Positions 49,470-62,350 of a DNA stretch of 64,000 nt are shown piece by piece. A program made the position numbers and the translations under genes. Numbering within the stretch: position 1 is the first letter of the stretch; every line of letters begins with the position of its first letter. Source of the DNA: Phoronis australis (Eukaryota > Animalia > Phoronida). The stretch lies in assembly GCA_002633005.1 (NCBI GenBank), contig NMRA01000908.1, positions 38,276 to 102,275 of the forward strand, written 5' to 3'. The notes below the pieces were generated by a model that was given only the letters and a program-made list of their open reading frames with translations, searched no databases and was not told the origin of the DNA.

Positions 49470-49980
49470 TAGGGCACCAGAGGACCCAACCTAGAAAAAT
49501 TTGCAACAGGAGTTTTTTTTGCATAAATGGTCTCTTCATGCATACCTTGGTGCCAGAAAAAAGTCTTCAGAAATCTGAGTGGCGGAAATCGGTTTTTCAA
49601 GATGGCATAAATATGGCCGCCAAAACCGGTGTTTACTGCTTTTTGGCATGATACTCTTATGCAACAGCTGGAAAGAAAACAATAAAGCTTGTCATTGATT
49701 ATATATTTTTCATAACGGGCATACAAATCAAAAGATGCCTATTTTCCGTAAAATAAATCCAATATTGCCGAAAAAATGGCGGCTGAAACGGCAATTTGGT
49801 ACACGTTGCAAAATTTCTTTTAACACTTTGCCCTGAAAATGGCAAAATTTCTATGCTTTTGTAAGTTACGATTGAAAATATCTGGACCTTACAGTTGGTC
49901 ATTGGTTGGAGAAAAAAATCGATGGCCGCCAACTCACAAATAACCCCAATTTACCGCATGTGCATTCTACAAACTTTGTA
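49470..49980. mobile_element. Single terminus of a TAG-starting (Academ-like) DNA transposon
   Basis: Starts TAGGGCACC..., followed by repeated AAAATGGCGGC/ATGGCCGCC boxes. The partner end was not found. Confidence 0.4.
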
Positions 49981-51719
49981 ACCTTATAAACGTTTACACA
50001 AAAACATTTTACAATCTACAGTCAGGCATAATGAGTTGATTGTTTATCAAATTTGTTGTTAAGATTTAGGTACTACATGTGGAATTATAATCACATTTTA
50101 GATTATTTAACACAAAATTTGGTGTTTTTCAGCAATGGCTGCAGTTAGATTTTCGTGGGAAATTTCCCGCACTCAATTATTTTTACACCATCCCTGAACC
50201 ACATTGGACAGGAAGTGGCTTTTTTGCTCTCTACTAATGGAGATAATAGTAGTTTTTCCCATGCAAAGATTTTGTCTGCTACTGACATGAGGGGAGAATT
50301 TGGACTCTGATTTCACCTGAATTTAATGAAAAGTAAATAAATTTGTGTAGCAAAAATTCAATAATTAAATGTTTAACATTTAGTACTCACAATTGGTTTA
50401 AGATGCATGTTTTTTATGAACATAGTTAATTGATTTTGGGGGAAAGTTGTGCCATGAAACCAAACGACTTTGATCTGCAGTCATTTTTTGGGATGTATTG
50501 CAGAGATAATATCAGGCACAAAGCTTCGAGTTGTTGAGCAGTGTATGCACCAAACAGTGTAATCTATATGTTAAGTGTGACTAATGTAACGTCGAATACG
50601 AGTTATACCTGTAATGTGGGAAATGTAGTCAAACAACGTCGGTCATTAAAATGTTAAGCACAGGAAAGATTGCACTGTTTTGTGGAATACAGTGCCTGTA
50701 TCCACTGCAAGACATGTGCTTATATGAAGGACTCCCGTGCGCCTATAAGCGAAACTTGGGTGCATGGGCCTATAGGCACGACATCTAACAATGGACGTTT
50801 TGCTCTACGGAAATGTATGATTTTGGATATACACCCATATAAAGTATAATCAACATTTGAAAAATGTTACTTAAAGTATCTATAAACTCCCCTCCGTTAA
50901 ACATTTAGACCATCTCCAAAGCTGATACTAAGTTGGTCTTAACTCGTTTTAAAGATTTCTGGGACTGTGAAGAAGTGACACCGCGTTACTGTTGACATTA
51001 CTCTCGATAAGTTGTCACGGCGTGTCATTTTGTGTTATGAACATGGTCTCACTCATGCACTAGTCTATCGAACGGGCAATTCTTCCGTATAGCTAGGAAA
51101 TCATTCTTCGTCTGGGTAAGTTCAAATTTATTTCAGACAATAAATTCAACGAAACGAAAGTGTTTGACGTACCTAGGCGATTTTATTGCAGCTATGAAAT
51201 AACCAATCGTTGTTTTACATAATATAATAGCCAATCTTTCTGGTAAAATGCAGATGAAATTGAACCAATCTTTTAGAAGATAACAAAAAGATGCCTATAG
51301 TCAATTCCTGACATTTGCTGAGACACTTGATGAGTTACCAATTGTTTAAATTGCTTTACCCCCGTTGTTCCTCTTCATTCTGTTCGATTGCATTTGTTCT
51401 TCTACTGAGTATGTAGATGTAGTATAAACAAGGACTGATTTGAAAGAGGGGGGGGTTGAATAGACGAGGATTAGCTTGCTTTCTTGGAAGGAAAGTGCAG
51501 CCGAGTTAGTGTAGATTGCGAGACAGACACGAGGAAGCTATTTCGGACATTAAAGCAATTTAAAAGTTTAGCTTAAAAAGAAATGGAAAGCTAGATACTT
51601 TAAAAGACAAAGCATCTTCTGACAATATTTGGGAAGCGAATAACAAAATGAACTCAAGGAAATCATGTACCTACGCGTGGTTTTAGAAACAATTTTCAGA
51701 TTGTGAGAAGATTAAGAAT

Positions 51720-53757
51720 TAATAAACATTTAAGGAATTTGATCCCCTTGGTATACTTGTTCACGCTACAAATTCTCCAAGTGATAGTCGAAACCTATAA
51801 CCAGATTTGTTCCGCAACCAAGTGTGATGCTGGGGGAATCTCATCCGAGCACCAACAATTTCCCAGTAACTTTTGCGCATATCAAAATGGCGGCAATCAA
51901 GAAAGACTCGGGTGTAAGGAAAGTTAAAACAATAAATGAGAACCGAGCTGATGTCATTCATAACGTTTCTTTTGAAGCAAAACGTCTTCAGTTGCATCTG
52001 CACAAAGTTAGCATCGAAAAGTTCGAGATAGAAACATTGCCCGTGTTCTGGACTCCTAATGACAAAACCGCAAAAGCTCAGGTTTGCTTTCTTTCAACAA
52101 AGCTGATCAAGGCGTGCAAACAACTTGCTAATGTGTGCTATAAGGACCTTGATTGTGAAAATAAACAATTATTGTGATCTTAAATTTAGTGTTATCAATT
52201 GTTGAAGTTGAACTCTGAGAGTTTTTGTGCATGATAGTGACAAACTACATCCAGGAGAACGTTCACTCTTAAGCCAGAAACATGTAAAAGTACGACTTCG
52301 CAGCACAACGGGATAATAAGGGATTTAGCAATCGTATTTTTGTGGTTGGGTGTGAGCTGGATCTCCAAACCTGCTGCAATATTTATACCAGGCCAAAATG
52401 AAAAATGAGACCCATAACCATGCCAAGAGGTAGAACTGTGCCCATGTCATTACAGCCGTCGTGTAACTCGACTAAGACATAGGTCGCGCTTACCTGTTTA
52501 GCAGAGTTCGTCAGAAGTTTTCCCTCATGTAAATTTTGAGGATTGCCGAGTTTTACATAGCATTATTTTAATTTAGAGAACGTAATGGGATATTCATTTT
52601 AAAACCTTACAATAGTTCAAAAACGGTCTCGGTATATATTCAATGAAAACGCTGGTTTCGTTTTTCTACGATTTCTTAGTTAAGACATGTGAACAATAAC
52701 GTGAGAAATGCAGTCAACAACAAGTCGGAAACTGGTGGTATGTGTCGCTTAAAGCTCACCTTTCAGCTGAGTCCAGTCACACACGAATTATAAACCAGTA
52801 AAAACATTTCTTGAAGTTTTTGTTCTATGAAGGTCACACTTACAATTCTATGAAGTTGTAAGTAATGTAAACAATTCAAACCGATAAATATTTATTAAAA
52901 CCAACACACAAACAAACAAACAAACAAACAAACAAAAGTATTTACAAAAGGGGCATATGGTGTAGGGATCCCCAATGAATTGATATTTAAAACAATAATA
53001 GGGATGTCTCCCGCACGATGGGTAGAGAGGTCCCACCAAACACTCAAAACCTATACCAAATCTCTCGCAACCTACCTTCGCGACCGGGAGAAGGACAAAT
53101 GAGAATAACGCCGTACCGGATGTCAAATAGCGCTTCCCAACACCGCCAAATGCACCCTTACACCTCATACACATTTCAATTGCTAGTATTTCTGAGACAA
53201 TACAACAAATAGAGTAAATCCAAAGTATCGACACGACGGTGAACCCGAAACTTTTAAATCTCCACTCGCGTTTGGTGGCACCTTCCTCCTGATTTTTGGT
53301 ATAAAACCCCAGGAAAACATTGCAAACTAAATGAAGGTGAATCAAAAATATCAACTCGACCGGCCTTCATCCACTGTGAATTTACTGTCATAATACGATT
53401 TAAGGAAACTCATGCGGACCGGCGGCGAAACATCATTGGAGGAAACAGAATATACACCAGGTCCGGTTTACTTCCAGTGTCATTCTCGACTAATTCTTGT
53501 CTATCACTGTGGGTGTCACTGGTTGACATTGATTCGACGTGGCTCAGTTCAATCTCCTCTTCTACGGTTTCAAAAACCTCTTCAACAACGTAATCAACAT
53601 CAGTAGCTGAAGCCGTTTCAAGTTCGTCATAATTGTCCGGCTTAAGAGTAATTGTGTCGTCGTTGAGACCAATGGCGTCGTTTGGAGTTGTTGTATCCAT
53701 TTGGGTGAACTCGTTGTATAGATCCGCCGTTCTGAAAATTGTTCCATCAAATTTCAC
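51720..53757 (-). pseudogene. Decayed otopetrin-like (proton channel) gene
   Basis: Collinear otopetrin-like motifs across stops and frameshifts: VVSILWIY, GKRYLTSGTALFSF..KVG..GIGFECL..LYP, *SALLKESKPEL, CRCN and FPYT.E.FLIAAIL..WEIVG. An acidic N-terminal tail lies at 53410-53757. Confidence 0.55.
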
Positions 53758-54363
53758 TTTTCATGTATTATTTTTCAAAATTAAATGCCATCGTTCAATT
53801 GTATATTGAAGTTGATGAACGTTCCGGCCCTTGAAACACATTCTGATGTTGATATTTCAATTTGCAGCAACCAGCACTTTACCGGACGTGTACTTTTGTT
53901 CTGGGCTATGAAATTATTTGTTTATTCAATATTGTTAAGACAGATAGGCATTTTAGAGGTATGCAAAATCCTGTTTTGGTGATTTTTAAGAACCCTAGTT
54001 CTGTCCACCGATAATTAGGTATTCATGTCACACATGAGCCATAAAAACAGGGCTCAACTATAGCCATTCTCTATGTGTCACATAATTAATATAATAATTC
54101 TTTGCGGGTTATGTACTTTCTCACAGCTGTCGTGTAACTTGAGTAAGGCGTAGGTCACGCTTGCCGGGTAAGCAGATTTCGTCAGGTGTTTACAATGTCG
54201 CTCATGTAACTTTTGAAGATTGCCGAGGGTTACAGTGTAATCTTTTCTTTTAGAGAACATTCTGGGATATTCAAATACCGTTCAATAGTCCAAAACCGAT
54301 CTTGGTATATTGTCAACAAGAAAAGACGCTGATTTCGTTTTTCTATGATTTCTTGGTTAAGAC
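52452..54363. repeat. Pair of diverged, about 240-bp direct repeats (52452-52686 and 54123-54363)
   Basis: Shared blocks gtcgtgtaact, ctcatgtaa.ttttga.gattgccgag, tttagagaac and tttcgtttttcta.gatttctt.gttaagac. Confidence 0.8.
52906..52936. repeat. (CAAA)n microsatellite
   Basis: Visible tetranucleotide run. Confidence 0.9.
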
Positions 54364-55672
54364 GTTGGCGTGTTCAGCTTTGAGCAAGTTCACAGTTAGC
54401 CGCTTAGGACACAAATTCTGCAGAAATTTCGTGAACGTACCTGACACTCTTCTTTGGCGGTAACAAAGCATTTGGCCCGAACAACAAATCGAATGCGTCG
54501 GCAAGTAACTGTGAAGGAAAACGTCATGTAAAGATATACTCTAGTATACATATTTAAAAACGACGTTTTTCGTTATTTTACTAGCGTCCGGGTTACAAAA
54601 ATACAACTACTTCAATTCCTCTAAATTGNCATGAACTGTTGGCAAATGAGCCGATAACTCAGGTCACAGGCAATATGAACATGCGACATTTTCGAAATCG
54701 CAATTTAAAGTCGGTCCGACTGAAATAAATTGTCAAGCGTCTCCAAATTCACTGAAGATGACTTGTTGGTAACGGAAATCCCTGAACTATTTTAATATTA
54801 GGTGACCGATTATTGTGCTCCCTCATGTGTAGCCGCCATTGGCCAGGTTGAGGTGCGCAATGTCGGATATCAGCGTCCGGTTGGTCGGATGTCGATCTCC
54901 CAGATGGGTGATAAGTCCCCGGTCGGATTTAGATATTTAGCACACTGAAGCGTACGGCATCACTAGGGCGGTGCATGCCATTTGCCTCGCACCTTAGAGC
55001 GGCCAGGAACTGGGGCATTTCAGTATTTTGGGTGACGTATTTCCAAATACATTGTATCTAGCGACCGACTGGTAAATTCAATGAAACTTGTATGGCCACG
55101 AATGCCCACGAAAACAAAATCATGAAAGAAGGGTTACCCTTTTCTCTGAGTTGCATTGTACCCTGAACAGAATCCCAAAAGGCCAGGCCGTTTTATATTT
55201 CTGTATTTATTGAACACATAAGTACTACCGAGGTTTTTGTGTTGTTTCTGGTATGGCTCTCAGATCTTATCCGTAGTTATTGTTAGAAATATGACGCTTA
55301 TTTGGTTTCTTATAAGAGCATGTTTTAATAGGCTTAAAATTGAAACTTTTATTGAGGAAATTCATTTTTAACTGGGGAAATCAAAAAAGAATAAATTTTA
55401 AATACAAATGCGTTGCAAATCGACCGATATCTTAAACGCACCAGCACGGCATAACAAAACAACTAATTAAAACGTTTGTACATTATTTGTTATTCATTTC
55501 AAAGAAATTGATCAATAATGACGTGATCTTAGAGGTTATCCAAGACCGTATTAAAACAGACAAGATTGGCGATATGAACAGTACGAGTCAGTCTGAATAT
55601 TAACAGCATGGCTCTACCATAGCACCTCACGTCATGGAAAATATTTTAGACCTGCACCACCTTCTAATTTAA

Positions 55673-56205
55673 AGGTGAATGCAACATTTTTTCATGTCAT
55701 TTTTAGCAAAAATAAGGTTCGTTGGTTAACCCAGACATATTTCCCACTTAATTACAGCTTTTCGTAATTTAATTAATTATTCGTTCTCTACTCCGGAAGT
55801 GACGTTTTGAGAGGCAAGAATTTCTCGCTAATTTCTTTTCATATTGTCTGACTATGAGAGTTGTCGAGTCAGTCATTGATCTACTTTGGTTGTGATAAGT
55901 TCAGTCGTCGTTTGCTTTTGTTTATGCGTCAGTCAACATACCACACTGATGCTGCGTACCGTATTCATTATGAAAAAATCATGTAAGCCATACTGCGATG
56001 TTGAGCAGTGGGAGTGAATACAGGCACTGAGAAGAGGAGAGTTCGTCGCTCAATGCACAGATCGATGAGCCGAACTTTGATAAGCTCAATGTGGACTTGT
56101 CTAATTATTGGGGCTATTTAGAAGGTACCAGGTGTGTGGCAAGGGAGTCACACGGCGGGGTGTAAGTACTTTGTGTGTTCAGGTCACTATCCAGTGGGAA
56201 TGGGC
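55673..56205 (+). mobile_element. Second, fragmentary copy of the Kolobok-like family at 18415-20135
   Basis: TTAA|AG terminus. 55673-55833 matches 18415-18575 directly, and 56003-56205 matches the reverse complement of about 18945-19142. Confidence 0.8.
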
Positions 56206-58177
56206 CTTGTATCTCTGTTGTATGCGATGCACATGGTGGGTGCATATGAACGTGCCATGTTCTTCTTGTATAATGTGGAAGCATTTGTCAACCAAAATGA
56301 ATCTTTTTGTCACAGTATGTTAATTTCGTGTGTTCAAAATTATGTTTGCTATTTGATTTGTAGTTTTTCAGGTAAAAAGTTTAAATACAATGCTATTTTC
56401 CAAGCGATGGCTAATAATTACGCAGCCAAGATACGAGCGTATATCTGCTTACGAGGTGATTTAAATCAAACTTTAAGCTAACGTTCTTGGTTTGTTGCCG
56501 GCTAAAGCTTGTTGATTACCGGGAACAGTGTTGGTAATATAATTCACTGAATATTCCGTGACTGGTTGATGTGGATTGTTGTACTGAATATGTCAAAAAT
56601 ACAAAATTTTCATCATATTTTCATGAAGAACTATCTTGGTTTCATTTTACAGTTCTTTATAAAACTGAGTCGTTGACAGCACATTTAAAAAGATTACTCG
56701 AAGGAATTCGTCCGTAAATTTCTAACACTGTAAATCCCTGTGAGCTGTCCCATAGGAACGGTTGGTGACGGGCGTTCCGCCAACTCAAGTGGGTATTTTG
56801 CCCGACATTTATTGTCTTTTATAAGTATTTCGACTTCCTGATATAAATTTGGATGTGTTAGTAGAAGAAATTAAGGAATTCATCATTTCATATTTTCTTG
56901 AGTATCCACATTTCCCGGTCACCCTGGTATTGCATTGGTCTGGATTTTAGTTTGCAGCCCCTTCCCAGTAGGTAGAACAGAACTTTGGGAAAGCAGTTCA
57001 ATTCTTGAGACATCACTCAAGAAATAAATTTAATCGGGAACAGAACAATTATCCACTTTAGCCTATATTGCTAAAAACAAAAGAAGGGAAACTGCCTTAG
57101 AGTTTGTCACAAAAGAACACCTGTCGTCGTCGCTGTTGGCGTGGGAAAAGCGTGTACCAGCGTCTCAAGACGAAGTTTGAGGCGATGTATTGCGTCTAGG
57201 TACGTCCACGTCACATTATATCATAGCTTGCGATACTTAGACGCTACGTTATAAATGAAAGAGGTTGTGTACTGTGCCCCTCAACACCACCGGATGTAAC
57301 ACATTACAACAGGATTGCAGGAACTCGGTAAACGTGCACCAGTTTAAATATTTTTTACTCTCTCGTCATCTGGAGAGTTGACGACGTCTAACATGAGAGA
57401 TGTTTTACACTAACCATTTTGAGGCATGTTTTAGACTACCCATTTTGTCCATTTCGACCAAATATGCCCATTTTGACCCACTGTGTCTTCTTTTAGCATA
57501 ATTGATCAAAGCACTCTGGATCATATATTTTATCCACGGCACACAACTCCCTCTACCCTGTCTACACAAGCTCGTCTCGATCTGAACAGACTAGCGCTGA
57601 CTTTCAGGACCAATGATTCGGGCCGTGGGCTCAGCTGGCTTTTCCCCGGTTTTTGCAATCAAGAGACTCAATTCAGCCTATCCAAAAGAAGGTATTGTAC
57701 AAAACTCCTGCACAACTTGTTCAGTGTCTTTTCTGACTAGTTAGACTTGGCAGAATTAACCACAGAGCCATAGGCGTAATTATTTTCAATGGGTTATTAT
57801 GACCAGTTGTCCGCTGAACACAAACAGGTGACTACAGAAGCGACTAGGCCTACAGCGACTTTAGTGCCGAAATGCACCTCCAGTGTGCAGGAAGTGGATT
57901 AGGCTTATAGGTGGCTCTGGGCCTTTGTAGTTTGGTTGAATTCAACTGACTGTGACTAGTTGTTCCAGATTAAGTAAAAACATGACAGAGATCAATTACA
58001 AACAACGTTACACCATTAATAGACTAACGATCCGGTCTGCCGCTTGAGTGAGATCGGTGATTATGCTTTCGACAGTTGACCACTTAGCTATGGCCAGTTG
58101 CTGTCTAGCATAATTTGAACCACTGAAGGCCTTGTTAACGATGACGACACCTTGCTTACAAACTGGTCCCTATTCTT

Positions 58178-58250
58178 AAACAGGTCGCGGGATTTTTAAA
58201 CAGGACGCGGGACATTTAAACAGGACGGGCATTCGTCAAAGAGGACGCTG
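58178..58250. repeat. Degenerate, about 20-bp tandem repeat
   Basis: AAACAGGACGCGGGA-like units, three to four copies. Confidence 0.7.
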
Positions 58251-58355
58251 CGACACGTTAAGGTTACATGTATCACCAACCTTATTTAGTGGCCTCCATT
58301 GTAACTCGTATACCAAAAAAACTAAGCTTTGTCAACTAGTAAAAGTATATAATTT

Positions 58356-60756
58356 TTGAAAGAACAAATACCAAACTCCAAAGAATACTGGAACATTCTC
58401 AACAAAATACGCGGCAGTCAACAACAATCCTCTTATCCTGTCATCAACTATAATGGTAACCTAGCCTCACGTAGTAGTGACAAGTGTGATTTGTTTCTCA
58501 AAATTTTCATGAACAAAAGCCACATTACACCAACTGAAGTAGGTAACTTTCCCGTTCTTCGTGAACGTTGTCTCAATCAACTGTATGACATCCCGGCTAA
58601 TCAAGCTGATGTCCAGAAGTATCTCAATGAAATTGACTCCAATAAGAATGATGGCACAGCTTTAATAACCAGCAAGATGTTCAAATGATTGCCAGCGACA
58701 TTACCATGCCCCTGACCAATCTGTTTAACAAACTTCTACAGCTAGGTATACATCCGTCTTCTTGGAAACATGGAATTATGGTCCCTATACACAAAAAGGC
58801 TCCAAAACTGAAATTTCAAATTATCGCCCAACAACTTTACTTAACACCCTGTCCAAAATCTTCGAGAAGATCATTGCTCAAAGTATTCTTACATTTCTCA
58901 AACAAAACAACTTTATCTATCATCGTCAATTTGTTTTTTTTTTTGCGTGGGAACAGCACCGTGGCACAACTTGTTGAAATACTTCATGAGATTCATTTAC
59001 ATTTTGGGAAAGGCGAGAGTGTCAGGTTCATTTTTCTAGATATAGCTTCTGCTTTCGACTGTGTCCCTCACGACCTTCTACTTCACAAACTTCGATTCTA
59101 TGGCATCACTGGTAATCTTTTAAACATGATCACCTCATATCTCTCCGAAATAACATACAGTGTTCGTGTCGACGGCGTACTTTCAACTTTATCCCCTCCT
59201 GGATTTGTAAACGCAGGTGTACTGCACGGTAGCGTATTGGGCCCTCTTCGCTTCTTGGTTTATATTAATGACCTTCCTGATAACCTATCATGTAGCACAT
59301 ACCTTTATGCAGATGACACGGCGCTTTTTTACCCCTTCGTAGGGAACAGCCCTGAATGTTCTTTGCAGCTTCAACACGACTTTAATAAACTCAGCTATTG
59401 GTCACAAGAATGGAGAATGAATTTTAAACCAGGAAAAAGCGTTGACCTCACCTTTTCCAAATCCATTAATGCTCTCTTCCTTGTTGACCCGCCTTATGAC
59501 CTTAAACTTAATGATGAAACCATTCCTAGAAAACAGTCGCACAGACATATGGGTATACTGTTAGATGAAAAACTCTCATTCACCCCTCACGTTCGGGAGC
59601 TCGTACAAAAAACTCAGGAACTAATCAACCCACTTAAGCTTGTCTCTCGTCATCTGAATTCTACACATTTAGAACTTTTGTGCAAATCCTTTATACTTCC
59701 ACACATTGATTATTGCGATATTATATATCAGTCTGCCAATACGGATGCACTCCAACATTTGGAGACGTTACAATATCAAGCCGCCTTACTCATAACCGGA
59801 TCTTACAGGGGATCCAATAGTGTTAAGGTTTTGAATAGTCTCAAGTGGCCCAAACTGTCTACTCGACGCAATCTTCAAATGACCACATTTACTTTCAAGG
59901 CAATAAACAATGTCAACAACGTGTCTGTCAAAAAATATTTGATCTATATACTAGACAAGGCCATCGTAGTGATTTGAGATCCTCCACCCCATATGCAATT
60001 CCTCCGTCGTTCAGTCAGGCATTCAGAAGGTCTACAGTCATGATGTGCATCAACAACTGGAATTCTCTTCCAGTCTCTGTTAAGGAAGCAACTCTTTTAC
60101 AAGTATAAAAATATTTTTAGAACTGTTTTTCATAATTTTGATAACTCAACACCCTTGACTCAATTCTCCCTTACCCGCGATAACGAAATAGCATTGTACA
60201 TATCAAGATGTGGCCTTTTCCTCAACTCTGACAAGTTCAGGCACAACTTAGGAATGTCTCTCCAAACTGTAAATGTGGTGACCATAAACCTTATCCTCAT
60301 ATTTTCTTCAAATTTCCCCTCATCGAATACCTGAGAGGCTTACTCTTTCGTGCACTCAATGAAAACCAGTCAATTGTTAACGCTCTCAATTCTTGTAATA
60401 ATATCCCTACTAGAGTTACATTATTATTGAATGGTAGTCCTAACCTTGACTTCGTTCTCAACGAATTCCTCCTAAGCAACGTTAGTAAATTTTTATTTAC
60501 CGTTTATCAATATTGTTGCCTCTGATTTCCCTACACGAATCTGTACATATTTTTGTTTTTATCTATCGGTAATTGCATATCTAAGTATCGGAATACTTAT
60601 TTTAGATACTACTTAATTGTATATACCTCTATGTATACTAGTTTCATTTATGAATTGTTTACAACTCAGATATAATGCTTCGCGGTTTCTGGATTTGTTA
60701 TTATTTCTTTGTATGTTCTGTGTATTCTTCAATAAATATATATCACATAAGAAAAA
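58356..60756 (+). mobile_element. 5'-truncated, frameshifted non-LTR retrotransposon (CR1/L2 group) reverse transcriptase
   Basis: RT motifs NYRP..LL..LSKIFEK, FLDIASAFD, GVLHGSVLGP, YADD and HMGI, with C-terminal WNSLP and SPNCKCG..H. AATAAA at 60731 and an A-rich end. No endonuclease domain is present. Confidence 0.93.
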
Positions 60757-61799
60757 CTTACCTGAATCAATACGTACACATACTCCAGTCAGTCTGAAAA
60801 TGTCCCTTGAAGTCTATGAATTTACTGACTTACACACTGGGTACTTCCTCCTAACTCGTCAGCGCCCAGGTAGTCTGCTGCGATACCAGCTCGATCACCT
60901 ATCAGTTGCCACTCTGACGTTACCGTTCAGATGGATGTTCTTGATGTAATGTTCTACGCTGTTTTTACAACTGAGCACATGTAACAACTCAACATACTCA
61001 TCAACATGAAAGGAGCAGCACGATTAGTCTTTGTGGAACTAGAAACGAACCTGCATATAGTCTACCATATTTGCTGGGAATGTGACCTAGTTTTTGGCGG
61101 TTTAGAAGGCCTATTTAAATGACAATTTAAAAAAGTAACTAAATTATTTAATGCAGTGCTCATCTGCGACAGGTGTCACAATTACTTTACCCCAACATTT
61201 GGCCAGTTTGTGAACATCAAATCTTAAAAAATCATTTACTAGCGAAACTGCAATGGCTTATGCCCCGCCCCCCCCCCTTGGCTAATAGTTTCAATTGCCT
61301 TCACTAAAATTTGGTCTATGGTCTAAAAAGCGCCAGATCCTTGGAAAAAAGTGGGGTTGAAATTTAAAAAGCTGCTGGTATCGATGCTTGTCGTATTTCA
61401 ACATATTCACCGTTTTGCAGGATTGTGACGATACCTCTGAGTGCAGCTACATGAGCTAGTACTCGTAATCAGGGGCAGTGGTAAACGAAAGTACAACATA
61501 AACAATACCATAACTTAAAGATTTACGTTTACTTTGGGCTACGGCGAAATAAGATGCACTAGCGCACACAGTGGTGTCTTTGTTTTCGTTCATTTATTTC
61601 TAAAGACTTTTAATAAACCTGGAACATGGCTAATTTTCTGAGCAAGCGTTGTGACAAAGTTAAGGCGACTTTTGCTTGTTGTTTACTTTTTAAAAGCAGA
61701 GCCCTAACACAACAAATATTCCTTTTTTTCGAAGTTAGTTCAACCAAAGCGATAAGCTTATGACTCAGTCTTCAAAACTTGCTATAAGTCATGATCCAA

Positions 61800-62350
61800 G
61801 ATTGTCTTAGTCAATATTCTAAAATACTCTGATTTGTAGATTAATTGTTCCCCTTCCTTTGCCAGTGTGATTTTGAACAATCAAATTCAGGTTTAAAGAC
61901 GGTACTGGCTTTTCAAAATGTTCCTTTTTTGAGAATTAGTGACACGTCCGCACGATGACAGACTGCGCAATAAGTCTTCCAGGAGGAGTAGTATCTACCG
62001 TCTCTCAAGAATCCGTTAAGAAGCAACGTCAGGAACACGTCGTCATAGTTTACAGAGTGGCACTTGCTGGTAACATTAGCGTTGGTAAAATCATCAGGAC
62101 AGCGCGAGATCACTATACTACCGAAAGGGTAAATGCTGAAATCTAACGTCAGACATTCTTTGTAGCGGTTGATTGATGTGAAATTTCTTGCATTTGCCGA
62201 GGTCAGTACAGAACTGATCACAATAACACATTTGTTTCTGACCGTGTCTTATATCTTCCACAAAAGGCGATGAACAAGAAACACCACAGGCTTGATACAG
62301 CGATGGCTTAGAAGGCTGAGAATCACAGGAAACGCCACACGTCTGGGACA
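61800..62350 (-). pseudogene. Truncated, disabled paralog of the SMB-GPCR main exon
   Basis: Same ATGTTTTCAG acceptor and QTCGVSCDSQPSKP start. A 23-nt deletion removes the DCCHDY core and shifts the frame. It also has TGG>TGA at 61913-61915 and a second deletion, and homology fades near 61800. Confidence 0.9.

Noticed and set aside
51824-52177. 117-aa plus-strand ORF
   Set aside because: No recognisable domain, and it is antisense to the otopetrin-like motifs.
60762-61050. Candidate minus-strand exon (CAG|GTAAG donor next to the LINE tail)
   Set aside because: No clean reading frame across it and no recognisable product.
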